Shown here: positions 7,876 through 15,980 of the stretch, piece by piece
How positions within the stretch are numbered: position 1 is the first letter of the stretch
Layout of the letters: each line of letters begins with the position of its first letter
From: Betaproteobacteria bacterium
Lineage (GTDB): Bacteria > Pseudomonadota > Gammaproteobacteria > Burkholderiales > Burkholderiaceae_C
NCBI GenBank assembly: GCA_043760045.1
Contig: JAYUPP010000166.1
Span: forward strand, 1 to 36,643
DNA: 36,643 nt
Direction: 5' to 3'
Position numbers and translations under genes: made by a program
The notes under the pieces: model-generated
Seen by the model: the letters and a program-made list of their open reading frames with translations, nothing else
What the model was told of the DNA's origin: nothing
Databases searched by the model: none

Positions 7876-8943
7876 ATGAACGCCCCCGAAAAACCTGCTG
7901 AGCCCCGGCTCACGTCGCTGTCGCATGGCGGCGGCTGTGGTTGCAAGATCGCGCCCGGTGTGTTGGCGCAGATTTTGAAGGGCACCACCGCGATGCCCAT
8001 TCCCAAAGAATTGTTGGTCGGCATCGAAACTGCCGATGACGCCGCCGTCTACCAACTGAACGACGAGCAGGCGCTGATCGCCACCACCGACTTCTTCATG
8101 CCCATCGTTGACGACCCGTTCGAGTTCGGGCGCATCGCGGCCACCAACAGCATCAGCGATGTGTATGCCATGGGCGGTCGCCCCATCATGGCTTTGGCGC
8201 TGGTGGGCATGCCGATCAGCGTGTTGTCGCCAGAAACCATAGCCAAGGTGCTGGACGGCGGCGCTTCGGTGTGCCGCACGGCCGGCATACCGATAGCCGG
8301 TGGCCACACCATCGACAGTGTCGAGGCCATCTACGGCCTGGTGGCGCTGGGCCTGGTGCACCCCAAACGCGTGAAACGCAACGCCGACGCGAAGGTGGGC
8401 GACGTGCTGGTGCTGGGCAAGCCACTGGGGGTGGGCGTGATGAGCGCGGCGCTGAAAAAGGGCGAACTCAGTGACGCCGGTTATGCGCAGATGATTGCCA
8501 ACGCCACCAAACTGAACACACCCGGCCCCGAACTGGCCGCGCTGGAAGGTGTGCATGCGTTGACCGACATCACCGGTTTTGGCCTTGCCGGCCACGCGCT
8601 GGAACTGGCCAAGGGCTCGGGGCATCAGGTGGCGATCAATTGGTCGCAAGTGCCACTTCTGACCGGTGTGCGCAGCCTGGCCGAACGCGGTTTCATCACT
8701 GGCGCGTCAAGCCGCAACTGGGCCGGTTACGGTGCAGACATCGGCTTGCCCACAGGATTTGCGGCGGTCGACCAGGCGCTCTTCACCGACCCCCAAACCA
8801 GCGGCGGCCTGCTCGTTTCCTGCACGCCAGCGGCGCTGGACGGCGTGCTGGCGGTCTTCAAACGCCACGGCTTCGAGTCGGCGGCGGTGGTGGGCGACAT
8901 CCGCGCGGCGGCAGCCGGGGGGCCGAAGATGGTGGTGAGCTGA
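7876..8943 (+). CDS. selD: Selenide, water dikinase (selenophosphate synthetase, SenC), Cys-type
   Basis: RLTSLSHGGGCGCKIAP, DDAAVY, TTDFFMPIVDDPFEFGRIAATNSISDVYAMGG, AGGHTID, TDITGFGLAGH, DPQTSGGLL. RBS AAGGA precedes ATG 7876. Confidence 0.97.
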   Translation: MNAPEKPAEPRLTSLSHGGGCGCKIAPGVLAQILKGTTAMPIPKELLVGIETADDAAVYQLNDEQALIATTDFFMPIVDDPFEFGRIAATNSISDVYAMGGRPIMALALVGMPISVLSPETIAKVLDGGASVCRTAGIPIAGGHTIDSVEAIYGLVALGLVHPKRVKRNADAKVGDVLVLGKPLGVGVMSAALKKGELSDAGYAQMIANATKLNTPGPELAALEGVHALTDITGFGLAGHALELAKGSGHQVAINWSQVPLLTGVRSLAERGFITGASSRNWAGYGADIGLPTGFAAVDQALFTDPQTSGGLLVSCTPAALDGVLAVFKRHGFESAAVVGDIRAAAAGGPKMVVS

Positions 8944-9122
8944 ACGCGCTGGCAAGTGCCCGTCTCACAGCACACCTAACGGCAGAGTGTCAAGCGTCGT
9001 AAAGCAAGCGCAGGCCTGACCAATCTGCCTTTCTAAACTGCCGTAACTCTATGCTTGGGAACGCTGCTATGGCGCGCCTGGCCTGACAAACGAATGCATC
9101 GCTTTCATTTGTCTCGAAACTT

Positions 9123-9263
9123 ATGAGTCACAACACCAGAAACGCTTGGGCTGCAATCGCAGGACAAAACATGTGCTGGCGTCGAGCGTGCAAAGTCGTC
9201 ACCATCGACGAAAACTCGTCAGACGTCCTGGCGATCAAAACCCTTGAGGACCGATCGGTGTGA
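9123..9263 (+). pseudogene. Short ORF, possibly a remnant of the partner gene of the downstream PIN gene
   Basis: 46-aa ORF ending RACKVVTIDENSSDVLAIKTLEDRSV*; its TGA overlaps the next GTG (GTGA). Confidence 0.4.
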
Positions 9264-9734
9264 ACGAGTTTTCAGTTGCAGTAGACAGCAACTTGCTGCT
9301 GCTGCTGCTGCTGCTGGTCGTTGGTATGACTTCGCGCGACTGCGTTGCAAAACACAAGCGCCTGAAGGCTGCACCGTTGAAGACTTCGACCTGCTTCTTG
9401 AACAACTCACCGATGTGACACAGATCTCAGTCACCCCGAACACGTTGACGGAAACTTCCAGTCTCATCGATCACATTGCGGAACCAGCGCGCACGCGGAT
9501 TTACGAAACGCTTCGATCGCTGCTCGTATCACCCGGTGCGAGGGAGGTTTAGATTGCCAGCATCGAAGCCGCCGAGCTCCCGGAACTGCCCCGACTTGGC
9601 CTGACGGACTGTGTTTTGCTTGGCGCAGCTTCAGCGGCAACGCCGCTCATGACCGTTGATCTTCAGCTTTTCTTGCCGCTGAAAGGAGAGGTGACAAGGC
9701 ACTGAACGTCAACCACTTGCGGGATGCACGCTGA
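9260..9734 (+). pseudogene. PIN-domain protein, disrupted
   Basis: Reassembled across frames: VAVDSNLLLLLLLLVVG...KHKRLKA / TVEDFDLL...VTPNTLTETSSL...REV*IASIEAA...RLGLTDCVLL...LMTVDLQLFL / AAERRGDKALNVNHLR. The PIN acidic motifs are present, with two frameshifts (about 9370 and 9675) and TAG at 9550-9552. Confidence 0.75.
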
Positions 9735-9798
9735 AACGGCCCGCTTCTGCCTTCAGGTCGCTGGTGGGTTGCCACTGTCTTCACCTGGGCTTGAACAG

Positions 9799-10842
9799 TC
9801 ACTGCACCCCCAGAAAAACCTTCACCGGCGCCACGCTGCGCGCCGGGTCTTCTTCCTGCGGCACATGGCCCAGGCCTTCCAGCACGACGAGCTGGCTGCC
9901 CTTGATCAAGCGCTGGAATTCGCGCCCGGTGGCGGGTGGTATCAGCCGGTCCTGCGCGCCCCAGACGATCAGCGTGGGCTGCTGCAGCTGCGCGATGCGG
10001 TCGGCATGTTCGCCGTTGACCAGGCCCTGCATGCGCAGGCGCAGGGCACGCCGGTTGCCTTCGCGCAGCGCCAGTTCGAAGTAGCGGTCCACCAGTTCGG
10101 GCTTGATGCGCGTGGGGTCGGCATACACATTGGCCACACCCTGCGCCACCACCGCGCGCGGCAAGGCAAATTCGCCGATGCGGTTCAGCACCGGTAAGCG
10201 CGCCATCATGAAACCCAGCGGCATCGATTCGGGTGCGAATGCCGGCCCCACGGCGTCTACCAGCACCAGGCTGGCGACACGGGTGGGCGCCAGCGCGGCC
10301 GTGCGCCAGGCCACTTCGCCACCCAGCGAGTTGCCACCCAGCACCACACGCTGCAGTTTCAGCGTGTCCAGCAGGTCCAGCACAAACTTCGCGTAGGCGT
10401 CGCCGTGGTAGTTGTCGGGTGCGTAGCTGCCGGCAAAAGGCCCTGTGAGTCCAAAGCCGGGCAAGTCGAAAGTGATCACCCGCCGCTGGCCCTTCAGCGC
10501 CCGCACCCAGCCTTCCCAGGTGTGCAGGCTGGCAGAGGTGCCGTGTATCAGCACGATGGGCAGGGGGTCGCCGCTCAGGCCTTCATCACGCAGATGCACC
10601 TGCTGGCCCTTGACGTCGATGAACGTGGAAGGCGCTGGCGCCCAGCGTGCCAGCAGCGTCTGCACCGGCCAGTCGGGTTGGCGCGACAGCGCCAGCAACA
10701 CGGCGGTCAACAGCAGCAGCAGGCCCAGCACGCGGCGGCTGATGCCGCTGGAGGCGGCTTCGTTGGCCAGCGGTTGGGCCTCAGCTTTGACGCTGAGCTT
10801 GGCGCCCGATCGGGCCCCCGGGCCACCGGCTGAACGCTTCAT
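9799..10842 (-). CDS. Alpha/beta-fold hydrolase with N-terminal membrane anchor
   Basis: LIHGTSAS, DLPGFGLT, nucleophile elbow GNSLGG, WGAQDRLIP, GHVPQEE. Confidence 0.9.
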   Translation of the reverse strand: MKRSAGGPGARSGAKLSVKAEAQPLANEAASSGISRRVLGLLLLLTAVLLALSRQPDWPVQTLLARWAPAPSTFIDVKGQQVHLRDEGLSGDPLPIVLIHGTSASLHTWEGWVRALKGQRRVITFDLPGFGLTGPFAGSYAPDNYHGDAYAKFVLDLLDTLKLQRVVLGGNSLGGEVAWRTAALAPTRVASLVLVDAVGPAFAPESMPLGFMMARLPVLNRIGEFALPRAVVAQGVANVYADPTRIKPELVDRYFELALREGNRRALRLRMQGLVNGEHADRIAQLQQPTLIVWGAQDRLIPPATGREFQRLIKGSQLVVLEGLGHVPQEEDPARSVAPVKVFLGVQ

Positions 10843-11612
10843 GAAGCCGGCGGCGCAGCGGCCGCTGTTTCGTTCGCTTGCAGGTCGGGCCCCAAGGCCT
10901 GGCGCTCGTCAAACACCACGCAGCGACCCTGCCAGTGCGCCGCCTGCGGCACTTCTTCAAAGTAACGCAGGATGCCGCCGTCAAGCTGGTGCACATGCGG
11001 CACGCCTTGTTGCGCCATCCACAACGCGGCCTTTTCGCAGCGGATGCCGCCAGTGCAGTAACTCACCACCGTTGTGCCGTGCAATTGCTGCCGGTTAAGT
11101 GCCAGCGCCGCAGGAAAGCCGCCAAAGCTGGCAAGTTGCCAGTGCACCGCGCCTGCAAAACGGCCGGCCGCCACTTCAAAAACATTGCGTGTGTCCAGCA
11201 GCACCAGCGGCCGGCCTGCGTCGCAGTGGCCCTGGTCGAGCCAGCGGCGCAGCGTGTGGCTGTGCACGGCCGGTGCACGGCCGGCCTGCGGGCGCACGCC
11301 GCTTTCGTTCATGCGAATGATTTCGGGCTTCAGTTTGACGAGCAGTCTTTTGAAGGGCAGCGTTTCAGCCGCGTGCGCTTTCAGTTCCAGCGGCACAAAA
11401 CGCGGGTCGGCCTGCAGCGCCTGCAACCACTGCGCCACCGCGTGTGGCGCGCCGGCCAGCGACAGGTTGATGCCCTCGGGCGCCAGCAGCACCGTGCCCT
11501 TCAGCGCCAGCGTTTGTGCACGTCCAAGCAGCGCAGCCCGCAGCGCCGCGCCGTCGTTGATGGCGATAAAACGGTAGGCGGTGATGACGGTGACGGCGGG
11601 GTTTTGCAGCAC
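10839..11612 (-). CDS. UPF0176/TrhO-like rhodanese-domain sulfurtransferase (short form)
   Basis: LKGTVLLAPEGIN, PFKRLLVKLKPEII, LLDTRNVFE, YCTGGIRCEKA, QLDGGILRYFEE, CVVFDER. Confidence 0.88.
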   Translation of the reverse strand: MLQNPAVTVITAYRFIAINDGAALRAALLGRAQTLALKGTVLLAPEGINLSLAGAPHAVAQWLQALQADPRFVPLELKAHAAETLPFKRLLVKLKPEIIRMNESGVRPQAGRAPAVHSHTLRRWLDQGHCDAGRPLVLLDTRNVFEVAAGRFAGAVHWQLASFGGFPAALALNRQQLHGTTVVSYCTGGIRCEKAALWMAQQGVPHVHQLDGGILRYFEEVPQAAHWQGRCVVFDERQALGPDLQANETAAAAPPAS

Positions 11613-11619
11613 GGGCGCG

Positions 11620-11625
11620 ATTGTA
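11620..11625 (-). promoter_or_regulatory. -10 element TACAAT, probable leaderless transcript
   Basis: TACAAT ends 7 nt before the GTG start at 11612; no Shine-Dalgarno sequence. Confidence 0.55.
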
Positions 11626-11744
11626 GGTAGCGCGCATGTAGCGCCCTGGCGCGCCGGTTACGGCCGTGCAGATGGGTGCAAGTTGCCGCCACTGTGCGCC
11701 AGCGGACAGACGCGCCGTTGACGGCTGCACAAGATCGGGAAGCT

Positions 11745-12941
11745 ATGACAGCGCCTGATGTTGCACCCACCAACCAGCTGACATCCGCCACCGGTGGCGC
11801 AGACGTCGCGACGCTGAAGCACGACGCCAGCGGCACCTGGGTGCTGGGCGGTGCCTGGACTGTCAACAGCCTTGCCACGTTGGCCGAGCACGCGGCACCT
11901 GCGCCCGCCGCAACGCCCCCGACGGCGCTGGACGGAACGGCGCTGACCGCCATGGACAGTGTCGGCGCCTGGGTGCTGCAGCGCCGACTTCGGGGCGATG
12001 TTCGGACCGGTTCGAGGGGCGATCTGCCAGGCGGTTTACGCGTCCAGACTGACGAGCCCGGGTTGATCGGCTGGCCGGCGCGCGCCGAAGGCTTGATGAA
12101 AGAAGTGCGCGCCGTTGCCAGCCACACGCCGCTGCGGGCGCCGCAGCACGGCCTGCTGCACCGCACCGGTGAAGGAGCGGTGGCCGGTGCACAGCAGGCG
12201 CTGGCTTTTGTGGTTTTTGTGGGTGAAGTGGGCGTGGCCGCCGCCACCGCCTTGCGCCATCCGCAGCGCCTGCGCTGGCGCACGGTGCTGCACGAAATTC
12301 AGATTGGCGGTTTTGATGCGCTGCCCATCACCGGCTTGACGGCGTTTTTGCTCGGTGTGGTGGTGGCCTACCAGGGCGCCGAGCAGCTGCGCAACTACGG
12401 CGCAAATGTGTTTGTGGTGGAACTGGTGGGCTACGCGATGCTGCGCGAATTCGCGCCGCTCATCACCGCCATCATCATCGCCGGGCGTTCGGGTTCGGCC
12501 TATGCCGCGCAAATCGGCACCATGGTCGTAACGGAAGAAGTGGACGCCATGCAAACGCTGGGCATCTCGCCCCAGGAAAGGCTGGTGTTGCCCAAGCTGC
12601 TGGCGCTGGCCCTTGCATTGCCACTGCTCACGGTGTTTGCCGACATCACCGGCGTGCTCGGCGGCATGGTGATGGCGCGTTCGCAGCTCGACATCGGCTT
12701 TGGCGAATTCATCAGCCGCTTCGGCCGCGAGCTGCAAGGCACGGCCTTCCTCATCGGCGTCGGCAAGGCCTTTGTCTTTGCCATCGTCATCGTGCTGGTG
12801 GGTTGTTTCCAGGGCTTTCGCACCCGGGGCAGTGCCGACAGCGTGGGCCGGCAAACCACACTCAGCGTGGTGCAGGCGATCTTCGTCGTCATCGTGGTGG
12901 ACGCGCTGTTTTCCATCGCCTTCAATGTATTGGGGCTTTGA
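11745..12941 (+). CDS. MlaE-family ABC permease with N-terminal STAS-like domain
   Basis: LDGTALTAMDSVGAWVL (STAS-like), GVVVAYQGAEQL..YGA, LREFAPLITAIIIAGRSGSAYAAQIGTM...EEVDAM..LG, SVGRQTT.SVVQAIF. Confidence 0.92.
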   Translation: MTAPDVAPTNQLTSATGGADVATLKHDASGTWVLGGAWTVNSLATLAEHAAPAPAATPPTALDGTALTAMDSVGAWVLQRRLRGDVRTGSRGDLPGGLRVQTDEPGLIGWPARAEGLMKEVRAVASHTPLRAPQHGLLHRTGEGAVAGAQQALAFVVFVGEVGVAAATALRHPQRLRWRTVLHEIQIGGFDALPITGLTAFLLGVVVAYQGAEQLRNYGANVFVVELVGYAMLREFAPLITAIIIAGRSGSAYAAQIGTMVVTEEVDAMQTLGISPQERLVLPKLLALALALPLLTVFADITGVLGGMVMARSQLDIGFGEFISRFGRELQGTAFLIGVGKAFVFAIVIVLVGCFQGFRTRGSADSVGRQTTLSVVQAIFVVIVVDALFSIAFNVLGL

Positions 12942-12942
12942 G

Positions 12943-13719
12943 GTGGACGACACGACGCCAGCCGTTATCGAACTGCAACAGGTCGGCACGCGCTTTGGCA
13001 AGCACACGGTGCACGAGGGGCTCGACCTGCGGGTGCGACAGGGCGAAATCCTGGGCCTCGCGGGTGGCAGCGGTTCGGGCAAATCGGTGTTGCTGCGCGA
13101 GATGATCCTGCTGCAGCGGCCCACCTCGGGCTGCATCAAACTGTTTGGCACCGATGTGGCCAGCCTGAACGCCGAGCAAGCGCTGGCGCTGCGGCGGCGC
13201 TGGGGTGTGATGTTTCAGGGCGGTGGCCTTTTCAGCGCGCTGACGGTGCGTGAAAACGTCGGCCTGCCGCTGCGCGAGCACACTGCGCTGGCCGATGGGC
13301 TGATCGACGAAATTGCCGACTGGAAACTGGCGCTCACGGGCCTGGCACCCGAAGCGGCGCTCAAGCTACCCGGCGAACTGAGCGGCGGCATGCTGAAGCG
13401 CGCAGCCTTGGCACGCGCCATTGCGCTGGACCCCGAACTGCTGTTTCTGGACGAGCCCACCTCGGGCCTGGACCCTGCCAGTTCGGCCGGTGTGAATGAA
13501 CTTATCCTGCGCACGCAAACGCTTTTTGGCGCCACCATTTTGATCGTCAGCCACGACGTCGATTTGCTGTGGCAGGTGACCGACCGCGTGGCCGTGCTGG
13601 GCGAAGGCCGCGTCATCGCCATCGACACGATGGCGGCCCTGGCGCACCACGAACATGCCATCGTGCGTGCTTATTTCAATGACCGGCGCGGTGCGTCTCC
13701 GAAGCGGCAGGGGCCATGA
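12943..13719 (+). CDS. MlaF-like ABC ATP-binding protein
   Basis: GGSGSGKS, ELSGGMLKRAALARAIALDPELLFLDEPTSGLDP, SHD. GTG start 1 nt after the mlaE-like stop. Confidence 0.92.
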   Translation: MDDTTPAVIELQQVGTRFGKHTVHEGLDLRVRQGEILGLAGGSGSGKSVLLREMILLQRPTSGCIKLFGTDVASLNAEQALALRRRWGVMFQGGGLFSALTVRENVGLPLREHTALADGLIDEIADWKLALTGLAPEAALKLPGELSGGMLKRAALARAIALDPELLFLDEPTSGLDPASSAGVNELILRTQTLFGATILIVSHDVDLLWQVTDRVAVLGEGRVIAIDTMAALAHHEHAIVRAYFNDRRGASPKRQGP

Positions 13720-14654
13720 ACGACAAAGTCAACTACGCGCTGGTGGGCGCCTTCGTGCTGGTGCTGGGTGCCGCGCTGGTGGCGGGCATCTTGTGGCTGG
13801 CGGCGGGCCTGGGCGGCAAAGAGACGATGGGCCGTTATCAGGCCGTGATCCAGGAATCGGTGGCCGGCCTGAACGTTGACGCGCCGGTCAAGTACCTGGG
13901 CGTGGATGTCGGCAAGGTCAGCCGCATCAGCATCAACCCGCAAAACTCTGAACAGGTGCAGCTGCAGTTCCTGATTGAACGCGGCACGCCGATCAAGCGC
14001 GACAGTGTGGCGGTGCTGAAGACTCAGGGCTTGACCGGTATCGCCTATGTGGAACTCAGCGGCGGTAGCGCAAGTTCGCCGCCTTTGCTGGCAGGCCATG
14101 ACGAAGCGCCACCCACCATTCCTTTCAAACCGTCGCTGAGCGCGCGGCTGGAAAGTGTGGTGGGCAATGTGCTGGCCAACGTGGACCGCGTATCAGACAA
14201 CCTGAATGCGGTGTTCAACAGCGAAAACCAGCTGGCCTTGAAGACCGTGTTGGCCGATGTGGCGCTGCTCAGCCGTGCACTGGCCGAACAACAGCCGGCG
14301 CTGACTGCCGCCATTCAGGACGGCGCGCGCACGGCGCGCCTGGCGGCGAAGGCGGGCACGAAACTGGAGCCGATGTTCGACCGCATCACCGGCAGCGCAC
14401 AAGCGCTGCAGCGCATGGCCGACGTGGCCGGCGCGGCCAGCGCGCGGGCGGCGGTGGCCGTGGACGCGGCGGCCAGTGGTGTGCAGCAAGCCGGCAGCGA
14501 AACCCTGCCCGAACTGCAGCGCCTGATGGCCGAACTGCAACTGCTGGCCGCTTCGCTGCGCGAGTTGACCGAACAAACCGCCACCAGCCCCAGCAGCCTG
14601 CTGCTGGGTGGCCCGGCACAGCGGCCGGGGCCGGGGGAGAAAGCTGCACCATGA
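13716..14654 (+). CDS. MCE/MlaD-family protein with helical C-terminus
   Basis: N-terminal TM, ESVAGLNVDAPVKYLGVDVGKV, QGLTGIAYVELSGG, C-terminal PSSLLLG. ATGA overlap with the upstream gene. Confidence 0.92.
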   Translation: MNDKVNYALVGAFVLVLGAALVAGILWLAAGLGGKETMGRYQAVIQESVAGLNVDAPVKYLGVDVGKVSRISINPQNSEQVQLQFLIERGTPIKRDSVAVLKTQGLTGIAYVELSGGSASSPPLLAGHDEAPPTIPFKPSLSARLESVVGNVLANVDRVSDNLNAVFNSENQLALKTVLADVALLSRALAEQQPALTAAIQDGARTARLAAKAGTKLEPMFDRITGSAQALQRMADVAGAASARAAVAVDAAASGVQQAGSETLPELQRLMAELQLLAASLRELTEQTATSPSSLLLGGPAQRPGPGEKAAP

Positions 14655-15319
14655 AGTTGCGTCATCCTTTGAACGCGTGCCGCAGGCAGCTGCTGTGGGC
14701 TGCCAGCGCGGCAGGCCTGGCCGGCTGCAGCGGCTTGTTGCCGAAGCCGCCCGAAGCGCCGGCGCGGCATGTGCTGGACGCTGGTGTTGCCACACCCCCG
14801 GCAACCCGCACGCCGCCGCCGCGCCCGCCCGCCGGTGGGCAGGCGCTGCTGGTGGCGCAGCCGCGTGCGGCCCCGGGTTACGGCAGTGCCCGCATGCTGT
14901 ACCTGCAGCGCGCGCAAGAGCTGCAGGCTTTTGCCTTCAACGAATGGGTGGAAGCACCGGCGCAACTGCTGGCGCCGATGCTGGTGCGCGCGCTGCAAGA
15001 CAGCGGCGCTTTTGCCGTGGTGCTGCAGGCGCCCACGGCTGCGGTGGCGGGTTTGCGGCTGGAAACTGAAATCGTGCGCCTGCACCAGGACTTCAGCACC
15101 CAGCCCAGCCAGCTGCGGCTGACGCTGCGTGCAGTGCTGCTGGACACACGCACCCGCCAAGCCATCGCCTGGCGGGAATTTGACGACAACGGGCCTGCTG
15201 CCAGCGACGACCCGGCGGGTGGCGTGCGGGCCGCACAGCAAGCCGCACAACGTGTGCTGGCGGCGCTGGCTGCCTGGGTGGCAGCGGGGGCGCTGGACGC
15301 CGTGCGTGTGCAGCGTTAA
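14651..15319 (+). CDS. PqiC-like ABC transport auxiliary lipoprotein
   Basis: Lipobox LAGC, FAFNEWVEAPAQLL. Last gene of the MCE operon. Confidence 0.88.
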   Translation: MKLRHPLNACRRQLLWAASAAGLAGCSGLLPKPPEAPARHVLDAGVATPPATRTPPPRPPAGGQALLVAQPRAAPGYGSARMLYLQRAQELQAFAFNEWVEAPAQLLAPMLVRALQDSGAFAVVLQAPTAAVAGLRLETEIVRLHQDFSTQPSQLRLTLRAVLLDTRTRQAIAWREFDDNGPAASDDPAGGVRAAQQAAQRVLAALAAWVAAGALDAVRVQR

Positions 15320-15328
15320 TGTGGAAGT

Positions 15329-15365
15329 GTTCCATGATCCGGGGCGTTGCCCCGAATCATGGAAC
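15329..15365. repeat. 37-bp palindrome (17-bp stem, one mismatch, 3-nt loop); REP-like or terminator-like
   Basis: gttccatgatccggggc-gtt-gccccgaatcatggaac just after the pqiC-like stop. Confidence 0.75.
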
Positions 15366-15492
15366 GTTAGGCGCACTGCCCTGGCGCGCCGCAGCTGGGG
15401 TCACTGCAGCCGGAACGCCAACGGTTGAATCAACGTCTGGAAGCAAGGGGCTTGGAAGCAGGGGATTTCCAGCGCCATTAAACTTGCCAGTC

Positions 15493-15846
15493 ATGCAACG
15501 TTGTTTCGTCCTCCTTTTCCTGCTCTTTGCCTTGTTCTGGCAATCAGTGGCACTGGCGCGGGTGGGTTCAACCGTCAACGCATTGCTTGACTTGGGGCAC
15601 ACCGCGCTGCACTGGCAGGAAGAGGGCCATCACCACCACGATGATGGTTCGTTTCACTTGGACGATTCAAGCGAATCGCTGCAGCATGTGCTGGGCGACC
15701 AGCTGAACACCAGCTTGGCGTTGCTGCCGTTTTACGTGCACGACTTCGCAGCCCGGGGTGGCCTTGCGCCGCCCAGCCTGCACGACGCAGGGCAAAGCCA
15801 ACTGTTCCTTGAAGGCCCTTTGCGGCCGCCCCGACTGCACGCCTGA
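15493..15846 (+). CDS. His-rich exported leader protein of the metal efflux operon (CzcI/DUF2946-like architecture)
   Basis: 117 aa from ATG 15493: signal-like N-terminus, HTALHWQEEGHHHHDDGSFH, C-terminus FLEGPLRPPRLHA. Confidence 0.75.
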   Translation: MQRCFVLLFLLFALFWQSVALARVGSTVNALLDLGHTALHWQEEGHHHHDDGSFHLDDSSESLQHVLGDQLNTSLALLPFYVHDFAARGGLAPPSLHDAGQSQLFLEGPLRPPRLHA

Positions 15847-15931
15847 CCCGCCTTCGCGGCGGGCGTCCAGCCATGGACGCCCGACTCGCCGTTTGGCCCC
15901 TCTCGTGATCGTCAGCACGCCTTTGGCGTGC
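15847..15931 (+). promoter_or_regulatory. Overlapping alternative hairpins between the leader ORF and tolC
   Basis: Hairpin A 15847-15863 (cccgcc/ggcggg) and hairpin B 15860-15883 (cgggcgtcca/tggacgcccg) share 15860-15863. Hairpin C is at 15915-15931. Confidence 0.5.
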
Positions 15932-15980
15932 GCAAGATTCGCGTGCACAGGGCCCCGGCCGTTCATTCGTCAGGAGCATC

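Noticed and set aside
7876-8943. Selenocysteine recoding in selD or neighbouring genes
   Set aside because: The SelD active site is encoded by TGT/TGC (GCGCK). No in-frame TGA with a convincing continuation was found, and no selA, selB or tRNA-Sec lies in the window.
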